From Geosiphon pyriformis uo1 (taxonomy: Eukaryota > Fungi > Glomeromycota), in NCBI GenBank assembly GCA_016748015.1, contig JAAOMT010000061.1:186001-250000 (forward strand): a DNA stretch of 64,000 nt, read 5' to 3'. This document shows, piece by piece, positions 51,804 through 64,000 of the stretch (position 1 is the stretch's first letter; each line of letters begins with the position of its first letter). A model generated the notes under the pieces. The model had not been told where the DNA came from. It made no database searches and saw only the letters and a program-made list of their open reading frames with translations. A program made the position numbers and the translations under genes.

Positions 51804-54800
51804 AAATATTTTAAAGTCTTAACCCTGACCACAATGAGAGCAAAAGATAATTTTGAAGAAATTGCTTTTTTTTTTCCCTCTCACCTCAGTTCCTGTTAAC
51901 TATTTCTTCTAACTTACCTTTATTTGTTGTAATAGAACTGGTGGGCTCATCTGCTGGTGGTTCTGGTTTGGGTTCAGCTGGTTTGGAGACCTGTCAGAGT
52001 GCTAAAAACAAGCATGTTGATATGGTCTACACCCATGGTGCATTCTACAAAAAGCCTAAAAAGCCTACAGCTAGCGTTTTGGTTAAGTCGTCTGCTAGTC
52101 CTCTATATTTGGAAGACTTGGGTGGTGACAATGATAAGCTGGCAGCATTCTGGGAAGCAGAGTGGGTAGTGTTCTGGCAGTGTAAGTGGTCTTTCGGATG
52201 TCAAGAATTTGGAGAACTTAGTTGCCAAAGAGACAAGCTACATTAATTCAGGTAAGGACGACGAAATGGATGAGACTACATCACGTAGGACTCGCATTCG
52301 GACGTATGTGTTGGAACAACCTCTTAAGGTGCTTCTATTTGCTACTATGAACAATGATGACAATGATTCCATGTTGCCGCCTTCTAAAATCAATGGGCCC
52401 AATCAGCTGCCTTCTTCTAAATCACGTGTTCTCGAGAGTTGTAGTTTCAAGCCAGTGAAATTGTTTGCTCTAGATGTGAATTTGTCAGCTGTTCCTGGCA
52501 GGACTAATAGTAATAAGCTTATTTCAATCAAAAAAATTTTTTACAAAATTGATGGTTTTGGAGAAGCTTCAACTCCCTCAAAATTTCTTGGTGTTATTTA
52601 TTCGACTTTCACAAGTGAGTCTAGTTTGATTAAGGCCAGAAAAATGGCAGTCTGTGAGAAAATTGTTGTAAATGGTGATCTCAAAAAAGCAAACATTCAT
52701 TCAAATTAGGAAGTGGTTATTAAGGAGATCCCAATGGATCTTCCAAAGCTGGCTGTGGAATCAGTTTTTTCTAAATTTGGTAAGATCATTTCCATCAGAA
52801 TGCAATTGATTGGTCTTTGGCAAAAAACCTGGATTGAATTTGAGTTATCAGAAGTTGCCAGTTTGGTCACTTCTAAGTGGTCTGTTCTTATGGGAAAGGA
52901 TTCAGTTTGTGTAGCACTGGCCGTTAGTGATAAACAAACATGGATATCTAGGGATCAACATTGAGCTATGCTTTATACTTTGCCTGTGAGTACTTCTGCT
53001 CATGATTTGTCTGATTTATTGATGTTATATGGTGGAAAGACTTGTTTCATTGGCTGCAATCCCAGTTCATATGTCTGCAATCAATGTGTAATCATTTGTT
53101 TTGAAAATGAGGCTGCCAGATTGGTTGCTGTTAGTACTATTCCAATTTTTAAGGGTGTTAGTTTGCATTGGGCTAATCTTGTTTTGGCTAGTTGTGCCAA
53201 GTGTGAACAATTTGGTCATATCACTGTCAACTGTTCTGTGGGTAGAAGTTCTGGTATTCATGGGAAGAGAGTGGTTTCTGATCATGATCGGGTTTGCCTG
53301 GCTGGTATATATAAGAAAAAATCGGCTTGTATTGCCTGTCCAGTTTTGTTTGGTGGCAAGACATGGGCTTAAGTTGTTAGTGGCACCCCCTTCCATGCGT
53401 TTCTTTCTGGTTTTTCTGATTCTGGTTTGCATTCTGGTTTAGTTCCTCCTTCAGCAGTCTTTGATCCTTTTGTTGTTTCTCATTTGGGTGATCATTTGGC
53501 GGTTTTGGAGTGCTCTTTGGAGCTTTTGGCTGACTGTGTTTCTGGCATCTTGGTTAGGTTGAATTCTTTTGGTATGGTTTCTTCAGTTCCTTCTTTTTTG
53601 GTCTCCTTTCCTGTTGCTTCTGCAGCTTTGGGTTCTGAAGTGGATTCAAATATGATTGTGGACAATGCTTCAGGTTTTCTTAATATTACCTCCCCTGTCA
53701 CTGATAATGCTGTTGTCGATCTCAGCACTAGTAGTTTCAAGGTTCTTACTGCCAAGGTGGGCAGTTTGGAGACAAAATTGGTCACTTTGGAAGCTTCAGT
53801 TGGTTCAGTTTTGAATAAGTTGAATTTTCTGTGCTCTAGTTTGGGTTTGTTAGCTCCCACAGTTTCTCAATGACTTATTTAATTTGAAAGATTGCAACAT
53901 GTAATGTCAGAGGTATGAACAATTGTGCAAAGCAAGCAGACATTGTTTGTTGGCATAAGGATATGAACAATCTGGTCTCTATTATTACTGAAACAAAGTT
54001 GTGGGAAAAGATTTGCTCTTGGATCGCTGATAGGTTTGATGGTGTTCGTGTTTTTACTTCTGGTCTGGATTCTGGTCACATGGAATCTGGTATTGCTATT
54101 ATTTTGAATTCTTCATTGGCAAGACATGTGTGCAAGGTTTCAGAGGTGCCTGGTTGGCTCTTGTCAGTGAGGCTGTTTTTTAAGAACAAGCTTTCTGTGT
54201 TGATTCTGGGGTTGTATGCTGGCACTTCCTCGGTGGTTCATTTTTCTCAGGCTGGTGATATCAACTCTTTCATCACTAAAGCAGTGAATGAATCTTCTTT
54301 TGTTATTCTTGGTGGTGATTTCAATGAGGACAGTTCTCACAAATGTGCCAGTTTCAAAAAGTGTTTCGATTTGAGTTTGGTCAACTCTTTGGGTGGGAGT
54401 TTGTTTGTGAAATCTCTGACTTGGTGCAATTCTTGTGGTGCCACCAAGACAATTAACTATGTTTTTGTCTCCTCTAATTTAATTAATGTGGTTGTGAATC
54501 GCAGTGTGGCTGGCATTAATGACTTTTTTGATACTGATCATAGGACTGTTTCTGTGTCTGTGGATATAGGTAGATTGTTGGATGTGCAGCTTTCTTCATT
54601 GTGCAAACAGACCACCAGGAATTGTTGGAAATTTGACATCAAGAATGCCAATAGAGCTAAGTGGTTGGAGTTCAAGGACACTTCAGCTGCTAATGCCTCT
54701 ATGTTTTCGGATGCGTTTGGTGCTGCTGTAAAATTTTCTGATATGGACGCTATGTGGAACATTGTTCACAAAATCATGATTCTTTCTGTGAATGGTACAT

Positions 54801-57800
54801 TTAAAAAGAAGTAGTTCAAGGGCTTTGATGGCATTTTTACCAAGGTGTCTTCTAAGTTTCATAAGCTAGAATTGCTGGTTTCAAAGTTGGTCAAGGCTTC
54901 ATGTTTGGTTTCTAGTAAAGAGTTTGTTGCTTTGTTGGAGATGTGGCACAGGCTTGATTCCCCTGGTGCATCAGTGGTGAGATCTTTGTTTCTTTCAGGT
55001 TCTGGTTTCGATCTTATTCATTCTGCACTGGCCAAAGCGAGGAAGTTGTACCATGTTTCTAAGTTGTTGGAATCCAAACATGCTGAGGAATCTTCGATCA
55101 AGCAGGCTATTAGTAAGAGAATAGAAAGTTTTGAACTGGACAAGGGTCACACCATTAGGAGTGTTTTGGAGTGTCCTTTTCACAAGATGGTCTTGGATTA
55201 TCTGGTTATGGAAGATGAGTTGATTTTGGAGCCTGACTCTGTCAAATCAAAGGTGGACAAAATCATGAAGAGGTGGACCAAAAAACATAGGGTGGTTTCT
55301 AATATTTTCAGAGATTGGGCTCTTCAATATTGGCCTTTAGAGTATGTTTTTGATGATGCTTTTTCTGGTGTCATGTGTCTGATTAGTTTTGATGAAATGT
55401 TGGCAGTTGTCAAGAATCTTCCTGATGGGAAGGTGGCTGGTCTTTCTGGTATCTCTAACGAATTGTAGAAGTGTTGTGACAAATCAGTTTTGGATATGCT
55501 TTTGGTGCTCTTGAACCTGTGTTTAGTTAGTGAGTCAGTTTCTGGACCTTGGAAAGAAGCTTGGGTTTCTATAATCCCTAAACCATATAAATGGGAGGGA
55601 ATTCTTACGAACACTTGTCCTATTGCTTTGATTGAAACAGCCTGCAAGATTTTTTCCAAGATCCTTTCAGATAAGATTTCTTCAGCTTGCAGCACTTTTG
55701 ATGTTCTTTGCGGGGACAATTTTTCAGTTCTAAAAAGTACAACAATCCAGTCTCCCATTTTTGCTGTTGGTTCAGTAATTAAAGATGCCCTGGAGAAAAA
55801 CCAAGAACTCTGGTTGGTTTTACAAGACATGTACAAGGCTTATGACTCAGTTGGTTGGGAACATTTTAGGAGAAGTCTGGTTAGAATTAAGATATGTGAG
55901 AAGTTTATTAGATTTTTTGGCAGCATTTACAATAGTCGCGTTAACAAAGTGATAACTGACTTTGGCCTAACTGATGGATATTGTGTTCATGATGGACTGG
56001 ACCAAAAGAAAGTTTTCTCTCCTCTTCTCTGGTGTATATTCTATGATTCACTCTTGTGTGAAGTCAAAAGACAAGATAGTGTGTATGGCTACAGGTTGAA
56101 TTCTCATTTTATATTCATAACTGGCCAGGTAGATCCTCAAGCTGGGCTGTTTTTATTTTTTGCTGCCAGCACTTTTGTCAATGATACTATTTGGGTAGGT
56201 AGCAGCCAGGCTGCTACACAACACATTCTTGATGTTGCTAGTGAGTTTTTCAAGTTTAATGATATTTCTGTAAATAACAACAAAATGGTGGCCATCCCCA
56301 TCAATTGCCAGATGTTGGACCTTCATTTGACTATCAGTGGTGTGCCTATTTCTGTTGCCAAAAAAGGGGAATCTCATCGTTATCTAAGCATTTTTTTATC
56401 TTTTGAGGGTCTTTTGAAGTCCAGCTTAACTAAAGCCCAGGCAGATGTGTGGTTTTTTGTGAATCTAGTTTTAAGAAAGGCAGTTTCTGATAAGCAGTGT
56501 GCATATTTGGTGTTTGTGGTTCTTTTTCTCATCATTAGCTATAGAACTCAGTTCAGTTTCATTTCTGTGGGTGTTTGTAACAAATGGGATACTCTAGTAT
56601 GCAAGATCTTGAAATCTAAGTCTGGGTTGCCCTGTGATTTCCCCAATGATGCACTGCACCACCTCTCATTGTATGGTTTAAAGACTTTTGAGCAGATTCA
56701 GGCTGAGAGTAAATTGGCATCCACTGTTACTTTCACAAATTCTGCTGGTATTTTGGGTTGCCTTTTTTTTTATAGGTCTTATGATCTTCAAGTTCTTAGC
56801 TAGCACCCGCGTCATTCTTTGCTGTTTCCATCTTGTATTGGTGTCAATCCCTCAAACAATTTTTTGGCTGATGTGGTTCGTATTTTTTCCAGATGTGATT
56901 TGTCTTTGGGTGGCTCTCTGGCTTGTGCTTTTTGTTATCGGTGCGGTACTCCTATGTCTTTGGTTCTTGGTGAACCCTGTTTTTTCAGGTGTGTCTTTTC
57001 ACTTAGACATTATGGAATTGCTTTTGTGAAACAGCTTTGTGACCATAATGGTGATGTTTTCAGTTGGAGAGCCTTCAAGTGTTGGAAGAGGCTAGACTTT
57101 CGTGGCTCAATCTCTTTCTGGTTTGATCTCTCCATTCGCTTTCTTGGTGGTATTGGTCTCCTCTTCTCAAGTTTTTTTTTGTGGATGGTCATGCTGTGTC
57201 AGATATTTATCTCTCTCATGATTTTGGTGTGGTTTGTGATATTCTGCTGACTACTGATGCTGCCTACTTTTCTGTGTATACAGATGGGTCTCTGTCTGGT
57301 CTGGGCACTGTTAACATAAAAGCAGATGCTGCTGTTTTTTTTGAGGACATTAACTTGGATTTGGGGGTTGGGATGTCCAGTTTGGTTTCTTCTACTCTGA
57401 CGGAACTGCAAGCCATAGCTTTGGCCCTTGAGTGTGTTCCTTCTTCTCATTCAATTGACTTGTTTTCGGATAGCCAAGCTGCTTTGGATGTATGTAGGTC
57501 AGAGTTTTCACTGGTTCGTCTGGATTTCAGGAACCTCTGTTGGATTGAGCATTGCCACATTGCTACCATTATTCGTCAAAAGAATTTAGATGTGAATTGG
57601 GTTAAGGTAAAGGGTCATTTAGGTGTCTCAGGCAATGAGCATACTGATGTACTTGCCAAAGATGCTGCTCTCTCTACTTGGTGTCTGTCTTATTTAGTTA
57701 GTGAACGTTTTCTGTATGCTGGTGGTACAGCAGTTTCTGGTAATTCTAGACACTTTGTTCGTGATATTTTCTGATCAGTTTATCATGCTCGTTGGAAGGT

Positions 57801-58690
57801 TGGAGTTGGTTCTTGTGTTGTGGCTGATAGTTTGTGTGCTGATGTCAATTGGTTTAAGTCTTTTATGGTATGACACACCAATTTTTACTTGGCCTTCGGT
57901 TTTACCAGCATGCGCACAGCAAGCTGTCACACTTACTTTATGAAGGCTTTCCATCATTGGCTTCCTGTTGCTGTGTGCAAGCATTTATATGATAGGAAAT
58001 ACCCCAGTGTAATTTATTTGTTCTGTGGTGATGTTGAGATCTCAGATCACATTTTTTCGTGTTCTCAGGATGCCGCAGGCCATGCTCGTTTGTTGGACAC
58101 TTATGCTTCAGCTTGGGGGGCCCTTTCTGGTCTATCTCGCTTTTCTTTATGTGTTTTACAGGTATTGGCTTCTTGTATTTCCAAGGTTGGAATTGGTGTT
58201 GCTTTGTGTAAGGGCTTTGTTTTCAATGACTGGTTTCAGGAGTCTGTCTCGGTTTTTAAAAATTCTAAGGAAGATACTAAAAAGATTGTGGGCTTTGTGT
58301 GTGGGTTTTGTCTTGCATTTTGGAATGATATCTGGTTGGTCCATGCCAAACACTGGGCATTTATGGAGAGGCATGGTTTGATCCCACGTAATGGGTCCGT
58401 TCTCATGTTAATTTTTGGTTTGCCTGTGGCATTTTTGGCTGGTGTGATTAGGCTGTTGAGTATTGCTAAAGCTTTTGGAGTTAGTTTCGGATTTTGCAAG
58501 CTTTGTTTGTTTTTTTTGGGTATTAGGAACACAGTCTCTGTACATATAGATGTGTAGTGTTGTCCTAACTGGCCTGAGTGGCTGGTTACATATAGAAAGT
58601 ACATGATTCACACCTAGTTTAGATCATTTGTATGATGTATAGTGCTAGGTAACATTTGGATCTCACTCATAAAATAATAATAATAAAAAA
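51804..58690 (+). mobile_element. Full-length L1-like LINE (least decayed copy) inserted in Gypsy pol; ORF1 ~51932-53873, ORF2 53870-58557
   Basis: 11-bp TSD ATGTTTATTAA at 51793-51803 and 58691-58701; ORF1 CAKCEQFGH...C; ORF2 LGGDFN, DTDH, IIPKPYKW, DMYKAYDSV, TFVNDTIW, VYTDGSL, KVKGH; 3' tail plus (TAA)n/A. Confidence 0.95.
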
Positions 58691-61600
58691 ATGTTTATTA
58701 AGTATTACTATCCAAACATAATATTATAAAAAAAAAAGTTAATTGAATTTTAGAAAATAGACTTATACAATCTTTTATAAGCTTTTAGTTTTTACTTATT
58801 GGCTTAATATAGAAAAAATAGAAAAATCCAATTTTGAATTAACTATAGAAAACTCAATAATATTACCAAAAAAAATGTTTACCTCTTATTATAAATTAAT
58901 AAAATCTTAAATACTTTAGAAAAATCCAAATGGTTTTTGACTCTAGATTTTGCTAATAAATATTAACAAATAGTTATGAACTCTAACAATTTAAAATAGC
59001 AATTATAAATTTAATATAATGCTATTTAGATTAAATAATACCTTCATAATATTTCAATGGCTAATAAATATTATCTACTTTAAAATTCTGTAAAAGTCTA
59101 TAGTAATCTATTTAGATAACATAAATATGTTCTTGTCAATATTTAAAAAACATCTTAAATATCCACAGCAAATCTTTAAAAAACTTCAAACCACTAAACT
59201 AAAACTTAATTCCAAAAAATATTTTTTCAGAAAATCACAATTTGCTTTCCTAAAGCATATTATTAAAAAAATAAAATAAAATCTAATCTTGTAAAAATTA
59301 AAAAAATTAAAAATATTTTTCATCTTTAGAATTTAACTGAACTTTAAAAATTTTTAAAACTTACTTTATACTATCAAAAGTTTGTCAAAGACTTTTCAAC
59401 AGTGACTTAACTGTTAAATTAATTATTAATTAAAAATACAACACAAAAATAGAGTAAAAAATAAGAACAAACATTTGATTACTTAAAGCAAAAATTCAGT
59501 GAAACTCCTATCTTAGTATACTCTAATTTTACCAAAAAATTTGTACTTATAATTAATGTTTTCAGAATAAATCTAAGTGCTGTATTATTACAACAAAATA
59601 AAAAAGAAAAAAAACACATAGTTATATATGTCAGCAGAGATCTAAATATAGCTAAAAAAAATTATACAGCTTATAAAATAGAATATCTTGTGATTATATA
59701 AGCCATAAAATATTTCAAACAATATTTACTATGTAATCCATTTAATATTATTACAGATCACAAAGAACTTACTTGATTAATAAACAAAACTTTTTAAAAA
59801 AGCATTATGCCAAATGGATTATTATTTTACAATCTTATACATATAATATTATTTATAAAAAGAGAATTAAGAACACAAATACAAACTGTTTATCCTGAAT
59901 AAAACATATATAATCACCAAAAATTACTTATTATTTGATCAAAATAAATATCAAAACATATCAATATCTAATATATTACCTTATAATTCTCCAATTATCA
60001 ATGAAATTATTGTTAAAAGAACAAACAAAAATTCAAAAACAAGCTAAATATTATCTAATTAAAAACAATATATTATACCAACATTATTAATATAATCTAT
60101 TTTAAGTAATTACCAAAACTAAGAAAAAAATTATTTTTTATAATATACACTTGGATCCAAATACAGAACACTTTGCAAAAGAAGCCATAATTTAGTGAAC
60201 AACTAGTTAGTACTACTGATCAAAGATATATATTGATATTATTTAATATATTTATAATTGTAATATGTCAAAAAAGAAAAGAATTAAAAGCAACTGAACT
60301 ATTACAACCTATTAAAATAAGAAAACTATTTGACAGTATAGAAATTGATCTAGTAAAATCACTAACTATTATTACTAAAAAAAACTAATATATTGTAGTT
60401 ATTGTAAATTACTTAACAAAATAACCAGAAATAAGAGCCATTAAAACTGCAGATGCTAAATCAGTTGCTAACTTCATGTATAAAAATTTGATTTATAAAC
60501 ATAGTTGTTTAAAAGAACTACTTTTAAATCAAAAAATCTACTTTGTAAATAATTTGTTTGCTAAAATCAGTCAATGCTTTAAGATAAAACACCTTTTTTC
60601 ATTATCTTATTATCTATAGATAAATGAATTAGTAAAATGTTTTAATAGAATATTATATAAATTACTGGCAAAAATAAGCAATAAAATAAACAAGAATAAG
60701 ATTTATTTATCTCTTCAGTTTTATTGACTTATTAAACACTAAAACATAATACTACAAAATTTACACTATTTAAATTAGTATGTAAAAGAAATGCTATATT
60801 ACTTATAGAACTAATAATAAACACTTATCTAACAAAACCAATAAATAAAAACAATTTATAAAAAATCATTAAAAAACAGACTTACAAACTGCTAAAAAAA
60901 CTAAAAAGCAATTGCTAATATGTAATTAATAATATTAAGTACTTCCAAAAACAACAAAAAGTCTAACATAATAACAAACTTCCAGAACAACCCATTATCT
61001 ATAAAATAAAAAACAAAGTTTTATTACATAAAACAAAAACAAAAAAACAATAGAATAGAAAATTTGACAACAAATAGAACAAATCTTTTTATGTTTACAA
61101 TGTCTTAAATAATAGAGCATATAAATTATATTTAAGCAATAAAATTTTGAAAAAAGTTGTATACAGTAACTAATTAAAAATTTTCATTAACAACAATTAT
61201 CTAATCTGTTAATGTCCAAATTAGGAACATATATATTAATTGTGTTTTCTGACCAAATTTTACTAGATTTAAAGCCAATAATAATTATCAAACATTATTA
61301 ATTAATTCAATCAACCACATTTAAATTATTATCATTAATATTTAAAAAAAATTAAAACAATTTCAAAAATAGTTAGAAAAATTAGAAATATTAAACTATT
61401 AAAAAAATTTTTTTAAAATTTTGATATATAAAAATAATTAATTTTAGTACATATTTATTATTTATTTTTATTATAAATATACTTGAAAATAGCATAAATA
61501 CTTTCCAACTTTTATTTTGGCTACTACAAAAAAATAATTTCTTATTAGAAATTACTTTTAATAATTCTGAAATATTATATAAAAAAAAATCCAGCTATAT

Positions 61601-62104
61601 AAAAAAATGAGCCAAACCTAAATTGTTTTAATTCTTATTATGAGAAAAAAAATGCTAATATATTAATTGATAAAATCATGAAAAAATTCTAACTTTTAAA
61701 AAATACAATACCCAAAAAAAAAACTTAATTGTTTTTTTTTGCTATACATATTTTATGATAACCACATAATTAGATTTTCAAACAATCTACACTAAAAAAA
61801 ATAGCAAGAAAATCAACAAAACAAAACTTCAAAAGTTCAAAAAACTAACTAAAAAAGACAACTTTAAACACTATTTTAGGATAGCATACTAACTCTATGT
61901 GCTATTTTAATATTGTTCAGAAGTATTGTTAACAAATAAAATGAATATACTTATTTCTAATAGAATTGGAAAACTTACTAACAATAAATTCCAGAATTTG
62001 TAAAAATGAATAGTTTAAACAACTATACAGATTTTTATTTTAGATATTGATATTAAAAAAATACACATCAATTTTAATAGAACTTAATCTTAAGAAGAAA
62101 AAAA

Positions 62105-63396
62105 TATTACCTAATAAAAATCCAAAAAAATTAAAAGTAATAATATTATAATATATTAACTAATTATTAAATAATATTATAAACAGTACAGATTAACAAA
62201 AAAATTAGAAAATAGAATATACACACAATAATATGTAAAATATATTTTATTTAATATAATTACAAACAAGTAAACCAAAAAGCACTCATAATTAAACAGA
62301 AGACCTAATAACTTAACAATTACTAACTAATTAGTTAGCATAGGCAGAATTATATATAACTTAAAATATGTATATATATGATAGCTTTCTAATTAGAAAA
62401 AAAAAAAAAAAAAAAAAGAGAATAATAAAGAACAAAAAAGTTAATTAGACAAAATAAAAACGAAGAAAAAGTGAAAAAATTGGATTATAATCTTAAAAAA
62501 AGCTAAATAATATGCTTTTCAAGCTTTGTATTATTTACTAATACTAAGATCAATAAAATTGAAGAATTTTTTTTTTTATAATTTAGTTTCTTGTAAATAA
62601 TCAAAAAAGCTATTACTTCTTTTTTACTATCATTTTTTTATTGAAAAAAAAACAACAATAAAAACATCTAACATGTCAACAAAAACATGAATAAAACCCA
62701 AGCTTAACAAAATTAAAAACACATTAAAAAAATATTAAATACATAAAATTATCTAGAAAATACTTGTAACATCTTAGCCAAAATCAATAATCAACTTAAA
62801 AATTCAGAATAAGTTCTCTATATCTTTGGAAAAATAATTTTTAATTAAAATTATTTTACGAATATTAATTTTTGTTGAATTCTACTTTTTATTTTTTATT
62901 TTTTATTTTTTTTAAATTTATTAAAAATAAAATATTGCTTTATTACAAGCAAATAAATACAGATATTTGATATTAATATGAAATAAAAAGTGTATTTCTG
63001 CAAGAATCTTAAGGAAAAACATAATTAAAAATATAAGGATACAACAAAATTCTTTTTTGGAAAATTAGTATAACAGCAACTATTAACAGCAATTTTGACA
63101 GAAATATTATTCCATATACCAAATCTAATAATAAAAACACTTATCAAAAAAAATTATCTAATATTTGTTAAGAAATTAAAAAAACTTATTAAGCTAATCT
63201 TTAAATTTTTAAATAAGAAAATAATAATAATATATTAAATAAAAATTCAGCATAAATCAAAAACAGCACTAATTGAAACTCATATACTTATTTTTATGTT
63301 AAAATTAGATAATTCACTATATTATTGCTTGATCTAAAAAGCTGTAGAAATTAATTATAGTATAACCATTAGAAATAAGAGAAAAAATTTATAACA
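62105..63396 (+). repeat. 3' LTR type B
   Basis: TATTACC (decayed TGTTACC)...ATAACA, preceded by the purine run AAGAAGAAAAAAA. Confidence 0.85.
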
Positions 63397-63580
63397 GCAG
63401 ATTTTTAAACCAGCCAAATCAAAGTCAAAACCACTAGTAAAAAAGTCTATTAGTTTTATTACAACAAAAAATAATGTAGTAAAAGAAATAACTAAAAGAA
63501 AAAAGAGAAAAAAAATAAGAAAAACTATTTTTTTAATAACTCTAAACTTTTATTGTAACCAGAAGATCAACAAAAAAAGA
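63397..63580 (-). mobile_element. 5' end (5' UTR plus start of ORF1) of the minus-strand LINE split by the Gypsy insertion
   Basis: Reverse complement matches 51820-52000; joining across the TSD gives in-frame GLKICLSTKKK vs GLETCQSAKNK in the intact copy. Confidence 0.85.
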
Positions 63581-64000
63581 GTTTTTTTTATATTAATTTT
63601 AAGATTTATATTTTTAAAATACATAATTATATTATTAATTACAAAAAAAACCCAAAATTTTTAATAAAGTTATTAATATATATTGTTAAATCTTTTAAAT
63701 TACATAATAATAAATAGTTAACAAGATTAAAAATAACCAAAACCAAAAAAATATTATTATTAACAAATACAAATTTTATAATATCTGTTTTTATATATAT
63801 ATTAAACATTAAATACAGCAAAAAATTGATATAAAATTTAAATTTATTTATAAAACAAAAAATAGATATATTATTATTTAAAATAAAAAAATACATAATT
63901 ATAATATATTATAATATTAAGTTTTTTTTATTAAAATTTAATAAGCATAGTCTAATTATTATTTAGAAATTAGAAACAAACTAAGTATTCTAAGACTAAA

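Larger units (their letters stand above)
45034..63396 (+). mobile_element. Full-length, heavily decayed Ty3/Gypsy element with paired type-B LTRs, inserted into ORF1 of the minus-strand LINE
   Basis: Direct repeats 45034-46324 and 62105-63396; flanks ATAG/GCAG (decayed 4-bp TSD); gag ~48100-48700, protease ~49480-49750, dUTPase ~50830-51140, RT (NYRKLNNITKK; YLDNI at ~59110), RNase H ~59500-59900, integrase ~60100-61180, purine tract 62092-62104. Confidence 0.88.

Overview
Eukaryotic, intron-containing fungal genomic DNA. The repeat families and gene style suggest Glomeromycotina, plausibly Geosiphon-like; this is an inference and was not verified. A CpG-containing gene island (~8.7-26.4 kb) carries six host genes: a CLIP-170/Bik1-like CAP-Gly protein, an alkaline ceramidase, ataxin-3, RMT2, an ASC-1/RQT4-like protein and a bZIP factor. 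It is flanked by retrotransposon-dense DNA at different stages of C>T/G>A decay: dUTPase-bearing Ty3/Gypsy elements, L1-like LINEs with RNase H, an ORF1-only non-autonomous LINE, a solo LTR and a three-level nested insertion spanning 37.5-63.6 kb. The most striking item lies inside the gene island and is not apparent from the ORF track. It is a decayed IS607-family element on the minus strand (~19478-20660) with a serine-recombinase TnpA followed by a TnpB/Fanzor2-type RNA-guided nuclease truncated at RuvC-I. It sits head-to-head with RMT2 and abuts a Tc1/mariner relic. All calls come from manual translation and motif recognition; no searches were run.
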